DNA of 64,000 nt from an uncultured Aliarcobacter sp. (lineage in GTDB: Bacteria; Campylobacterota; Campylobacteria; Campylobacterales; Arcobacteraceae): NCBI GenBank assembly GCA_963677435.1, contig OY781945.1, positions 2,304,001 through 2,368,000 of the forward strand, in the 5' to 3' direction. The translations under genes and the position numbers were made by a program. Shown piece after piece: positions 20,445-30,943 of this stretch. Each line of letters opens with the position of its first letter. The stretch's first letter is position 1. The notes under the pieces were generated by a model. It searched no databases, was not told where the DNA came from, and saw nothing but the letters and a program-made list of their open reading frames with translations.

Positions 20445-21425
20445 TTACGAAAATGACTTTATCTGTTTATATTTCAAATAAATAGCATTCACTAACTTTT
20501 CTATTTCTTCATCACTAAAAGTTTGGTTAAAAGCTAGTTGTATTGAGTTTCTGCTTGTTATTTCATCATATCCCATATTTTGAATGATTCTTGAGGGTTT
20601 TGAAAGTCCTAGAGAGCAACCTTCACCATTTGTTAGGAAGATTTTATTTAAAGCTAGGGTTCTTATTAGTTCTCTGGCTTTTATACCTTTTAGTGCGATA
20701 TGAAGAGAATAAGGCAAGGTATCAGCTGGATTTACAAAAAAATATAAATCATCTTTAAACTTTTCTTTTAGTTGTTTTAAAAATTTATCTTTCATTTCAT
20801 AATTAAACTTTTGATTTTCTAGGGCTTCAAAGCAGTATTTTACAGCTAAAGTATCTATAAATCCTATATTTAAAAGTTCAAATAAATTTTCATCTTCAAA
20901 AAGTAAAACTCCTGATAAATTATAACCTGTGAGTTTATAATTATCAAAATAAATAATATCACTTAGATTTGAAAAATTTGCACTTGCATTTGAGATTATT
21001 TTTGCATTTGTTAGTTTTTTGGCTTCTTGTAAAGGCGTTATTACAAAGGTATCCATAACATAAGAAGATAAAAAAAGAAAATCTATATTTTCATTTTCTA
21101 TTTTCTTTAGATTTACTTTTCCATCTTTATTTAAACTTATCCATAATACTTCAAAACCTAAGTTTTCATATAATTTTGCAGCATTTATTAAAGCTTCACA
21201 TTCACCAACACTTATGGCAATATTTCCTTTTAACTCTAAAAAAAGTCCTAAAAATCCCTCTTTTGAAAAAGAAAAAGTTTTTAATTTGGAATAGGCAAAC
21301 TTCTGTTTATAGTTTTTGCATAAATTTTCAAAATCAGTGTTTGTAACTAAACTATCTATTGAATAGTTTTCATTTGATAAATCTAATTTTATCGGATTGT
21401 ATTGTAAAACATTTAGTTTAACCAA
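20445..21425 (-). CDS. Divergent cysteine desulfurase-like (class V PLP fold) protein
   Basis: DNYKLTG (aligns with SxHKxxG) and NGEGCS (aligns with SGSACS); TTG start overlaps the upstream stop. Confidence 0.7.
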   Translation of the reverse strand: MVKLNVLQYNPIKLDLSNENYSIDSLVTNTDFENLCKNYKQKFAYSKLKTFSFSKEGFLGLFLELKGNIAISVGECEALINAAKLYENLGFEVLWISLNKDGKVNLKKIENENIDFLFLSSYVMDTFVITPLQEAKKLTNAKIISNASANFSNLSDIIYFDNYKLTGYNLSGVLLFEDENLFELLNIGFIDTLAVKYCFEALENQKFNYEMKDKFLKQLKEKFKDDLYFFVNPADTLPYSLHIALKGIKARELIRTLALNKIFLTNGEGCSLGLSKPSRIIQNMGYDEITSRNSIQLAFNQTFSDEEIEKLVNAIYLKYKQIKSFS

Positions 21426-21840
21426 GCTCTTTTTTCCCATTTCTGCTTCTAAAACAACCAAGCTGACAATGGCTTACTTTTATATCACTATTTTTTACAG
21501 TTGAACCAACTGTTTTAAGATTTGAGCGTTTTGCTTCATCCCATAAAACCCTACATTCTAAAGTTTCATGTCCCATATAATTTTGTTTTAGTCTATTATA
21601 AACTTGAATATGTGGGTCTTCAAATTTTAGTTTTCCAAAAACACCAAGTTCACAATTTGTAATTTCAAGTCCCATACTTTGAGTAATGGCATTCATTTCA
21701 ATCGGTTTTCTTCCTATTAATCTTGCAACTTTAAAAGCTTTTAAACAAGATAATTTCCCATCTTCATCTAAGTTTGTCAATAAAAATTCTTTTTGGATAT
21801 TATCCAACTCTACACCGACGCTATCTTCATTTTTAGACAT
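21418..21840 (-). CDS. Tandem-repeat Cys-containing protein of FDH clusters (often labelled ModE-related)
   Basis: Two repeats: LSCLKAFKVA...ITNCELGVF and LECRVLWDEA...VSHCQLGCF. Confidence 0.65.
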   Translation of the reverse strand: MSKNEDSVGVELDNIQKEFLLTNLDEDGKLSCLKAFKVARLIGRKPIEMNAITQSMGLEITNCELGVFGKLKFEDPHIQVYNRLKQNYMGHETLECRVLWDEAKRSNLKTVGSTVKNSDIKVSHCQLGCFRSRNGKKELG

Positions 21841-22663
21841 TTATTCTTCCTGAGTGAGTATATACATTCATTTTATTACCCCTTGCAAATCCTACAAGTG
21901 TAATTCCATGTTCGTTTGCTGATTTTACACCTTGAAAAGTAACGGCTGCTTTTGAAACAACGATTGGGATTTTATGCATTACACATTTCACAACCATTTC
22001 CATAGATAATCTTCCACTTGCATATAAAACTGATTTTTTAACATCTTTTTTATTCATGCTTGCAAGTCCAATAACCTTGTCAATTGCATTATGTCGCCCT
22101 ATATCTTCAGCGACGAAAATTGTACCATCTTCTAAAATAAGTTCAGCTTTATGAACACATCCTGTATTATCAAAAAGGTCAGAGGGTCTATTAAATTCTC
22201 TCATATTTGCTAAAATATCTTTTGCATGAACATTGTAATTTGTGCTTACAAATGCGCAATCAAATACTTTTTCAGCATTTCCTGTAACTCCCACACAACA
22301 ACCAGAAGTTAATGTTTTTTCTTTAAAAAGATTTTCATAACCCTCAGGGCTAACATTTGCAATAACCTCAACTTTTAATCCATCATTACTTATAGTTATA
22401 GTTTTTATGTCTGAAAAATCTTTTATTACTGCTTCACTTAATAAAAATCCAACAATATGTGCATCTTGATATTGAGCTATACTCATAACCGATAAAAATT
22501 TCTTTCCATTTAAATGAAACTCAACTTTATCCTCTTTTATAACATAATCTTCAACACTTTCAATCCCATTCTCATCAACTTTTTCAATGATTATCTCTTT
22601 CATGTAATCATTTAAGTTATTGTAAGAAAGGGAGAAGTTTTCACTTCTCATAGGCTTTGTCAT
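21833..22663 (-). CDS. fdhD: Formate dehydrogenase accessory sulfurtransferase FdhD
   Basis: TSGCCVG, TGCVHKA, EDIGRHNAIDKVIG, SGRLS, TLVGFAR; ATGA overlap with fdhC. Confidence 0.93.
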   Translation of the reverse strand: MTKPMRSENFSLSYNNLNDYMKEIIIEKVDENGIESVEDYVIKEDKVEFHLNGKKFLSVMSIAQYQDAHIVGFLLSEAVIKDFSDIKTITISNDGLKVEVIANVSPEGYENLFKEKTLTSGCCVGVTGNAEKVFDCAFVSTNYNVHAKDILANMREFNRPSDLFDNTGCVHKAELILEDGTIFVAEDIGRHNAIDKVIGLASMNKKDVKKSVLYASGRLSMEMVVKCVMHKIPIVVSKAAVTFQGVKSANEHGITLVGFARGNKMNVYTHSGRINV

Positions 22664-23613
22664 GCCATTTTTCCTTTTTCAATATCAGCTAATATATCAG
22701 GAGCTAATTGTTCTAAATGTTCCCTTGGATATTTACCTGTAATTAAACCTTTTAAGTTACCTTTTACAGCAACCAAAACAGAATATACAAAATCCATTAA
22801 GAAAAACATAATCAATACACTAGATCCAAAATGTACATAAAGTAAAGCTCTTTTAAATTGAATAAAATGAGCATTTGTATATGCATCTGGATGAAGATAC
22901 CAAATTATAAATCCACTTGTTAATAAACCAGCACCCATTAATACAAAGGCGATAAAAATTACTCTTTTCATTGGTTTATATTTTCCAGGTAGGATTATTT
23001 TTCCTAACAAACTATTTTTTGAAAATAATTTTACATCTTTAAATGCAATAATAGTCATCAATAACCAAATAGGAAACCAAATAAGACCCGTTACTTCATG
23101 TGTACCTCTTAAAATAAAAGGTATATATCCACCCTCTGATCTTAAACTCCATGTAATATTAAATCCAGTAATTATCAAAGTAATTATAATAATTACATTT
23201 AACCAAATAACTGCTCTATGAAACGCAGAAAATACTTGAACTTGGTCATTTGGATTTGTGATAATTGCGCTTTTTCTTCCATTAATTGTATACATAACAC
23301 AAAAAATTACAATTTCACCAACAAAAACCCACCAAATATATAGTTGTCTTTCGTTACTTGCTCTTATTATTTCAGGAGCAATAGCCTCATAATTTGGGCC
23401 AAATGCTGCATCTACCATAGCTTTATAAGTAGAATCTGGAGGAGTTACAACTCCATCCACATTCCCACTTGTAATTACATGAATAGTATATTTAAATAAA
23501 TATTCCCAATCCATAATCATCATAAATTTAATAAATACAAACCCAACTAATGATAGCCCAACAAGAGTAAAAATATACGCTTTATTTCTTTGAAAGAATG
23601 AGCTATTTTCCAT
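22660..23613 (-). CDS. fdhC: Formate dehydrogenase cytochrome b (gamma) subunit
   Basis: Multi-TM protein with His candidates (FHRAV, GTHE, YVHF); follows fdhB. Confidence 0.82.
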   Translation of the reverse strand: MENSSFFQRNKAYIFTLVGLSLVGFVFIKFMMIMDWEYLFKYTIHVITSGNVDGVVTPPDSTYKAMVDAAFGPNYEAIAPEIIRASNERQLYIWWVFVGEIVIFCVMYTINGRKSAIITNPNDQVQVFSAFHRAVIWLNVIIIITLIITGFNITWSLRSEGGYIPFILRGTHEVTGLIWFPIWLLMTIIAFKDVKLFSKNSLLGKIILPGKYKPMKRVIFIAFVLMGAGLLTSGFIIWYLHPDAYTNAHFIQFKRALLYVHFGSSVLIMFFLMDFVYSVLVAVKGNLKGLITGKYPREHLEQLAPDILADIEKGKMA

Positions 23614-23621
23614 GTTATTTC

Positions 23622-24215
23622 CTACCATCCGTAAGATTCAGTAGCGATACCTTTACCTTGTGATACAGCTCTATATGTTTTAATTAAAGCAACCTCATCG
23701 GCATCACCAACAAGTAAAGCTTTTGTAGAACACATTGCAGCACACATAGGTACTTTACCCTCTGAAATTCTATTTTGTCCATATTTTTCAAACTCTTCAT
23801 GAGAGTTAGTCTCTTCAGGACCTCCTGCACACATTGTACATTTATCCATTTTCCCTTTTGTTCCAAATGCACCATTTTTTGGGAATTGGGGAGCACCAAA
23901 AGGACAAGCATATAAACAATAACCACAACCAATACATTTATCTTTATCATGTAAAACAATACCATCTGTTCTAATATAAAAACAATCTGTTGGACAAACT
24001 TGTTGGCAAGGTGCGTCAGCACAATGCATACAAGCCATAGAAAGAGAAATTTCTTTCCCTACTATTCCCTCATTTACTGTAATTACTTTTCTTCTATTAA
24101 CTCCAACTGGAATTTCGTGGGCCTCTTTACAAGCTACAACACAACCATTACAATCAATACAAAGGTTTTCATCACAATAAAATTTCATTCTTGAAAAATC
24201 TACATTACTACTCAT
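23622..24215 (-). CDS. fdhB: Formate dehydrogenase iron-sulfur (beta) subunit
   Basis: Four Cys clusters: CIDCNGCVVAC, CMHCADAPCQQVCP, CIGCGYCLYACP, KCTMC...CAAMC. Confidence 0.95.
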   Translation of the reverse strand: MSSNVDFSRMKFYCDENLCIDCNGCVVACKEAHEIPVGVNRRKVITVNEGIVGKEISLSMACMHCADAPCQQVCPTDCFYIRTDGIVLHDKDKCIGCGYCLYACPFGAPQFPKNGAFGTKGKMDKCTMCAGGPEETNSHEEFEKYGQNRISEGKVPMCAAMCSTKALLVGDADEVALIKTYRAVSQGKGIATESYGW

Positions 24216-24224
24216 TTTGCTCTC

Positions 24225-27032
24225 CTATGCTCTTTCAATTCTTACAAGAGAACATTTAGTCTCAGGGCAAGAAGTTTGTTGGTCAAAACCGTAACTTGTA
24301 ACTTGGTTAGAACTTTCACCATGACCATAAGGAGCTGTACCTTTAGGGTATCTATCTAAAAGACTTTCACCTTGCCAAACTCCTGAGAAGTTTTGAGGTA
24401 AGAATACTGATGTTTCATCAACTCTGTAAGAGAATTTACATTTAATTTTGATTTTCCCCTCACCAGTTCCATAAACCCACATCATTTCACCATCATTAAT
24501 TCCAAGTTTCCCTGCAAGATTTGGATGTAGCTCTCCATACATTTCACCTGATAATTCAGATAAATATTTTGATGCTCTTGTTTCTGTTCCAGAACCCATA
24601 TGTTCAACAATTCTTCCTGAAACAATATTGATTGGATAATCTTTTACCCAAACTTGTGCATTTTGTTCAGTTTCATATCTTACATTTGTTCTAAAGTGGT
24701 TAACTTTATCTTTAATTGCTGGATATTTAGCTATTAAATCTGGTCTAAATGAGTGTAGAGGTTCTCTATGTTTTGGAATATTATCAACAAATTCCCATAC
24801 AATAGTTCTAGCTCTTGCATTTCCATAAGGAGCAAGTCCAGCTTCTAGTGCATATTTAACTAAAAGTCCACTATCATCAGTTTTCCAGTTTTTACCCTCA
24901 ACAGCTTTTTTCTCTTCATCAGTTAAAGTTATACCAGCTAATTCTTCTATATTTTGAGAAGTAATTTCTGCATATCCACCCTTGATTCTTGAACCAACTG
25001 GTGCACTTCCCTCTGCTGCTAATAGACTAACTCCTTCTCTTTCAAGACCAAATCTATTTCTAAATCCCATACCACCTTGAGAAACTGGTAAATTAATATT
25101 ATATAAAACTGGGCTTCCTGGATGTGATTGCGTCCAACAAGGCCATGGTAATCCATAATACTCTTTTTCAACTATTCCTCTTCCTTTTAAAGAAGTTGAA
25201 TTAAATAGATGCCAATTTTCAGTATGTCTTTTAATTCTCTCAGCCGTTCGGCCTTGCATACCAATAGTTTTTAAACTTCTTGCAATTTCATCTGTAGCAT
25301 CTTCTGGCCAAACAAATTTATCACCTTTACCCATACCAGCGATAAATTGGTCATAGAAGCCTAATCTTTTTGCAAAATCAAATAAAATTTCATGGTCAGT
25401 TCTTGCTTCATATAATGGTTCAACAACTTTACTTCTCCATTGTGCAGTTCGTGCAGTATTTACAACTGTTCCTGAAGTTTCAACTTGTGAAGCAGCAGGT
25501 AATAAGAATAAATTATCTTCTCTTGTTGTAATAACAGCAGCATCATTTACATAAGGATCAATAAATACAACCATTTCTAATTTATCTAATGCCTCTTTTA
25601 CTTTGTGCGTTTGAGTAATAGTTGAAATACCATTACCAATACATACTAAAGCTTTAATTGGAGTATCGGCATTATTTTTTTCATTTTCTTTATCTAGAAC
25701 ACCATGAATCCAAAGACTTAAACTAAAGCCTTTTGCTTGCATCATTTCAGGAGTTTTAAATCTTCCTTTTAGCCATTCATAATCAACATTCCATTGTTTT
25801 GCGAAATATTTCCAAGATCCCTCAGCTAGTCCATAATATCCAGGAAGTGTATCTGATAAGCATCCTAAGTCTGTTGAACCTTGAACATTATCATGACCTC
25901 TTAAAATATTACATCCCCCACCAGGTTTTCCTAAGTTTCCAAGTGCTAGTTGCATAATAGAACCAAGTCTTGTATTAGAAGAACCTATTGAATGTTGTGT
26001 CCAACCTTGATTCCAAATTAAACATCCAGGTTCTGCTTGTGCAAAAATAGTAGCAGCTTGAATTAAAACTTCTTTTGGACATCCAGTTATATCTTCAACA
26101 TGTTCAGGTGTATACTCTTCACACTCTTTAAAAATATCATCCATTCCATAAACTCTATCTTCAATAAATGATTTATCGTACCAATTATTTTCACGAGCTA
26201 GTCTAATAATTCCATATAAAAATGCAATATCAGTACCCGTTCTAATTCGACAATAAAGATCACTTTTTGCAGCAGTTTTTGTATATCTTGGATCTACAAC
26301 AATAATTTTTGCTCCATTTTGCTCTTTAGCTTTCAATATATGCTGCATTGCAATAGGATGGTTAGAAGCAGGATTTGCTCCCATAATAATAATAGCTTTC
26401 GAGTTTTGCATGTCACCTAGATGATTTGTCATAGCTCCATAACCCCATGTATTTGCCACACCGGCAACTGTTGGACTATGTCAAATTCTAGCTTGGTGAT
26501 CTATGTTATTTGTTCCAAACATAGCTGCAAACTTTCTAATATATAAAGCTTGCTCATTACTTACTTTTGCTGATCCTATAAATTGAACTGAATCTGGACC
26601 ATATTTTTCTCTTAAATCATTTAATTTTGAAGAGATTTTCCCCATAGCATCGTCCCACGAAACTCTGTTCCATTTTCCCGCTACTTTTTCTATTGGATAT
26701 TGTAATCTATTAGTTGCTCTGATTTTATCAATCATATCAGCACCTTTACAACAATGTCCCCCGTGACTAATTGGGTGATCTTGAGCAACTTCTTGTCTTA
26801 CCCATACACCATTTTGAACTTCAGCTATAACACCACAACCAACAGAACAATGCGTACAAATAGTTTTTATAAGTTTTGATCCAGGAAAAGGATTTTTAAT
26901 CTCTTCTTCTTTCGCATCCCTTAATACACCATTATTACTTGTACTTGCAAAGGCTGATGTTGCGCCTAAAGCTGTTGCAAGTGAAGCCATTTTAACAAAG
27001 CTTCTTCTTCCAATGCTTTTCAACATTTCCAT
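24225..27032 (-). CDS. fdhA: Formate dehydrogenase alpha subunit, selenocysteine-containing (935 aa; UGA at 26481-26483)
   Basis: The two ORF-track pieces are in frame and join as DHQARI-U-HSPTVAGVANTWGYGAMTN; Tat signal GRRSFVK, CTHCSVGC, RGHDNVQG. Confidence 0.96.
26453..26467 (-). promoter_or_regulatory. SECIS-like hairpin of fdhA
   Basis: mRNA UUGCC-GGUGU-GGCAA, starting 13 nt after the UGA. Confidence 0.75.
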
Positions 27033-27050
27033 CGTATCCTCCTTTAATTT

Positions 27051-27275
27051 TTATTTCGCAGCACCATAAAACTCATTCCAATGTTGAGTTTTTTTGTACA
27101 AAATTTCTTTTTTATGCGCGATACCTACTACAACACCGCTACCAGCATCACTTCTTGCGCCTCTTGGTTGATTTTCCATTGTAGCAGCAGTAGCAACAAC
27201 AGAACCTGCAACAACAGTAGCAGCAATTCCGGCTCTTTTGATAAAGTTACGTCTTTCATTTAACTCATCAGCCAT
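27051..27275 (-). CDS. Small twin-arginine-motif protein preceding fdhA
   Basis: ERRNFIK plus hydrophobic stretch; GSGVVVG...KKEILYKKT..W..FY tail; AAGGAG RBS. Confidence 0.82.
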   Translation of the reverse strand: MADELNERRNFIKRAGIAATVVAGSVVATAATMENQPRGARSDAGSGVVVGIAHKKEILYKKTQHWNEFYGAAK

Positions 27276-27300
27276 GATAACTCCTTTATTTGATTTGGGT

Positions 27301-27347
27301 AAGAAAGCCCCTTTAAAAACTCATAGAGTTCTTAAAAGGACTCTCTT
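27301..27347 (-). other. 22-bp mRNA hairpin inside the fdh operon
   Basis: AAGAGAGUCCUUUUAAGAACUC-UAU-GAGUUUUUAAAGGGGCUUUCUU; uninterrupted only on the coding strand (4 G-U pairs). Confidence 0.7.
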
Positions 27348-27354
27348 TTTATTC

Positions 27355-27966
27355 CTAAACTTTTAGTTTAGGAATATCTAAATATGCTCTTTCAAAATTA
27401 CAAATATTTGCTAAAATAACTCCAACTTGTGAATAAATTGCACTTGGAGCGGCTATTAATTTATAAAATAACTCTTCACAATAAGGATTAATTACAGTTT
27501 GAAATAACTCTTTTTGTAAATCCTCTTTAATCTCATTTTTGATTTGTTGGTCAATTAAATATGCACTTAAAGTAAAAATAAATCCATAATGATCCTCAGG
27601 TGCAGTAAAAGTTTTTTCATCTTTTCTTATTTTTGTTTTTGCTAAAACATCTTTTACTTTTAACTGCATAAATCCGCCTTCTCTTTGTTCGTGATACCAA
27701 GAAGCACTCAAAGAGATAAAAGTTCCAAAAGGAACAATAAAAAGTTCTTGATAATCAATATATAATTTATCAAAACCTTTATCTTCTAAATAATTTAAAA
27801 TATTTTTAGCAGCTACCGATACATCTTCATCAAAAGAGTTATTAGCTAAAATTTCCAAATCATTAATAATTTGTTTTTCATTGTTTTTTACATACTCTTC
27901 TACAAACAGTAAAGATAAAATATTGTATAAAAACAGTCTTGCTTTATCTATTTCAATATTATGCAT
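27355..27966 (-). CDS. TorD/DmsD family molybdoenzyme chaperone
   Basis: YQELFIVP...SASWY...PEDHYGF motif. Confidence 0.85.
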   Translation of the reverse strand: MHNIEIDKARLFLYNILSLLFVEEYVKNNEKQIINDLEILANNSFDEDVSVAAKNILNYLEDKGFDKLYIDYQELFIVPFGTFISLSASWYHEQREGGFMQLKVKDVLAKTKIRKDEKTFTAPEDHYGFIFTLSAYLIDQQIKNEIKEDLQKELFQTVINPYCEELFYKLIAAPSAIYSQVGVILANICNFERAYLDIPKLKV

Positions 27967-29635
27967 CTAATAATCCTTGTTTTATCATCAATTTAGCTTT
28001 ACAATCTTCACAGCAATATAAGGTTCTTTTTTTAGTTTCACTTGATTTTGCAAAAATAGGACCCATAATAGAAGCGATTTTTTCAATGGCTTTAGTTGTA
28101 GCAAACTCTTTTCCACACTCAACACAGGCAAAAAGTTTATCTTTAGCTAAGATATTTTCTTTAAACCACATAGGTTGTAATTGAATTTCATCCCTTTGGA
28201 TTGTTAAACAATCCTTTTCTGGACAACTAACTTCACAATAACCACAAGATGTACAAAGTGAGGGATTTACTCTTAAAGTAAAGTCACTCTCATTTGCAAA
28301 TATTGCATCCACATTACAAGCTCCAACACAAGATAAACATAAAGTACAGTTATCTTGGTTTACTTTTACAGTTCCATAATGTATATGTTCACCAGTTGTA
28401 ACTACTCCTAAATCTTCATTTCCTACAATTTTTTGTAACCTTTGAGAAAAAACTTCTCTTTTTTTAAGACCACTTTGATTGAAATTAAAATAAGAGTCTT
28501 CAACAAAAGATACTTTTTCTAAAGCTAAGATTAACTCTTCTTCATTACTAGCTACTAAAATAGCATCTAAACCAAATCTTTTTTGATAAATATCATTTAA
28601 AATTCTAATTGAATCAGCTGTACCTTTTGAAAGAAAATCACTATAAAAAATAACTTGAGAACCACTAAGTTGAAGTAATGTTAAAAATGAAGATTCATCT
28701 AAAAATTTCTCACCCTCAATTGCAAAAGGTAAAACATTATCTTTTAATTGAAGTTCTAAACTTTGAATATTCATTTTTAAAGGAAGTATTAAAGGGTGTG
28801 TATCTTTATAAAATTTACTCATTTCAAATAAAGAATCCCTATTTGTAGGTGCATAATCAAGGGAACCACTTGGACAAACAGAAACACAGCCACCACAGCC
28901 ATGACAATCAATTTGAGAAAAAGTTAAAGTTTTAGTTTTATCATTTTTAGTAATTGCAACAGTAGGACAAACATCTTCACATTTACTACAAATTTCAACT
29001 CTTCTTTCATTATATTGACAAATTGTGGGATCATATGTAGTGAATTTTTTATAAGAATATGAGTTGATATTTTGTTTTAATAAATCAATCACCTCTTGAA
29101 TATTTGATAAATTAGTGTTAAAAATACCACTTCTTTCTTTTTGTGTTTGTTTTGCATCAAACCAAACAATTTGAGAAACATTCAAAGTAACATCTTCACC
29201 CTCATCATCAACAATAACTTGTAAGTTTCCAATATTTCCAGAAATAGATTTTAAAATATCTGCACTTATTGAAAAAAGTTCAAAATCTTTTGCTTCAACA
29301 TTTGATAAAAAGCTATCATATTCATCTTGTGAATTTACAATTATTAAAACTTCATTTGAGATTTCAGCAGAATAAGGAATATCTAAAGCAAAATCATATT
29401 TTGTTGCTGCTATTTCATAAAGTTTTAAAACATTTTTGATTTTATTTGATAGGTTGTCTTGTGAATTTTTTATATAAAAGTCAATTTCTTGAGCACTTAA
29501 TTCACTACTTATTTCAGGTGTATTAGAAATTAGAAATTTTTGATTTTTAGTATCTTCGATATTTGATGTTACAAATATCTGCTCACTAACGGGAAAATCA
29601 AGCCCAGAAGCATTATAATAAATAAACTCTTGCAT
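27959..29635 (-). CDS. Multi-4Fe-4S ferredoxin-domain protein of FDH clusters
   Basis: CSKCEDVCP, CHGCGGCVSVCP, CTLCLSCVGAC, CTSCGYCEVSCP, CVECGK, CCEDCK. Confidence 0.88.
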   Translation of the reverse strand: MQEFIYYNASGLDFPVSEQIFVTSNIEDTKNQKFLISNTPEISSELSAQEIDFYIKNSQDNLSNKIKNVLKLYEIAATKYDFALDIPYSAEISNEVLIIVNSQDEYDSFLSNVEAKDFELFSISADILKSISGNIGNLQVIVDDEGEDVTLNVSQIVWFDAKQTQKERSGIFNTNLSNIQEVIDLLKQNINSYSYKKFTTYDPTICQYNERRVEICSKCEDVCPTVAITKNDKTKTLTFSQIDCHGCGGCVSVCPSGSLDYAPTNRDSLFEMSKFYKDTHPLILPLKMNIQSLELQLKDNVLPFAIEGEKFLDESSFLTLLQLSGSQVIFYSDFLSKGTADSIRILNDIYQKRFGLDAILVASNEEELILALEKVSFVEDSYFNFNQSGLKKREVFSQRLQKIVGNEDLGVVTTGEHIHYGTVKVNQDNCTLCLSCVGACNVDAIFANESDFTLRVNPSLCTSCGYCEVSCPEKDCLTIQRDEIQLQPMWFKENILAKDKLFACVECGKEFATTKAIEKIASIMGPIFAKSSETKKRTLYCCEDCKAKLMIKQGLLDA

Positions 29636-29788
29636 AAACTATGCCCTTTTTTTGGTAAAAAATATTTTACCTTATTTTATATGTTTAGAAATTAAACACA
29701 ACTTAAATATTAAAAAATTTTTTACCATTTTTATAATCTCAAACATGGGATTCAAAGCTTTTTTTGCAAGTTTTATGTACACTTTCTT

Positions 29789-30943
29789 ATGTCAAAAAAA
29801 ATATTACTATTTATATCTATATTTATTATTTTTTATATCTGTTTCAGAAATGAAGTGTTCAAAGATAAAACTTTGATAATTGGTTCTTCTCTTCCAAATA
29901 GTGGAATCATTAAATCATGGGGAGAGTCTGTATCAAGTGGAGTTAATGCTTATTTTAATTATGCAAATGAAAATAATTTGATTAAAAATAAAAAATTAAA
30001 ATTTTTAGTTTATGATGATAAATATGAACCTGAACTAACATTTGAAAATACTAAAAAATTAATTTTTCAAGATAAAGTTTTTGCCCTTTTTGGTTTTGTT
30101 GGAACTCCTACTGTAAAAAGAATTTTACCTATTTTATATGATGAAAATATCCCATTTTTTTCTGCATTTACAGGCGCTTCTTTTTTAAGAGACAATAAAA
30201 ACCAAAACTTTATAAATTTTAGAAGTTCTTATTCTCAAGAGATAGAGACTTTAATAAACTATTTAAGTGATAAAAAGAAGTTAAATAAAATTGCAGTTTT
30301 TTATCAAAATGATGATTATGGTGAAGAGGGTTATATCTCGTTGCTTAATTCACTAAAAAAAAGAGATTTAAAACTTATTGCTGAGGGTTCATATAAAAGA
30401 AATACTTTATCAATAAATCATGCTTTTAATGAAATGAAAGATGTAAATCCTGAAATAATTTTTATTATTGGAGCATATAAAACAAACTCTTTATTTATAA
30501 AAAAAGCAAAAGAGCATGAAAATTTAAAAAATGTAATATTTTGTAATATCTCTTTTGGAGATAGTGATTCTATGGTAAAAGAGTTAAAAAATCTAGGTGC
30601 TAATAGTGATAATATAATTTTTTCGCAAGTTGTTCCAAGTTATGAAAACACGAATATTGGCGCTGTAAAAGAATATCAACAAATCATGAAGAAATACTAT
30701 CCAAATGAGCCTTTTGGATTTTTATCCCTTGAAGCTTTTTTATCTTCAAAGGTTTTAGTAAATGCAATTTCAAGAATTACAGGAGATATAACTAGAGAAA
30801 AACTACTTTATATGCTAAAAACAACTCCTAATAATTTATTAACTGGTATTCCATTAGAATATAAAAATTCACAACTTTTAAATAAAACTTATCTTTTTGA
30901 ATATAAAAATGATAAATTTATAGAGCTAAAAAATGAAAAATAA
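29789..30943 (+). CDS. Periplasmic solute-binding protein (LivJ-like, type I) with no transporter genes
   Basis: YDDKYEP, FGFVGTPT, FTGASFLR, NFRSSY, FYQNDDYGEEG, SQVVP. Confidence 0.85.
   Translation: MSKKILLFISIFIIFYICFRNEVFKDKTLIIGSSLPNSGIIKSWGESVSSGVNAYFNYANENNLIKNKKLKFLVYDDKYEPELTFENTKKLIFQDKVFALFGFVGTPTVKRILPILYDENIPFFSAFTGASFLRDNKNQNFINFRSSYSQEIETLINYLSDKKKLNKIAVFYQNDDYGEEGYISLLNSLKKRDLKLIAEGSYKRNTLSINHAFNEMKDVNPEIIFIIGAYKTNSLFIKKAKEHENLKNVIFCNISFGDSDSMVKELKNLGANSDNIIFSQVVPSYENTNIGAVKEYQQIMKKYYPNEPFGFLSLEAFLSSKVLVNAISRITGDITREKLLYMLKTTPNNLLTGIPLEYKNSQLLNKTYLFEYKNDKFIELKNEK

Noticed and set aside
26460..26483. fdhA (and similarly selD) as a nonsense-mutated pseudogene
   Set aside because: Each UGA sits at the catalytic Cys/Sec position with a downstream hairpin, and selABCD are intact.
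29652..29876. 74-aa ORF in the fdh/sensor divergent region
   Set aside because: Low-complexity AT-rich translation that overlaps a promoter region and the next gene.
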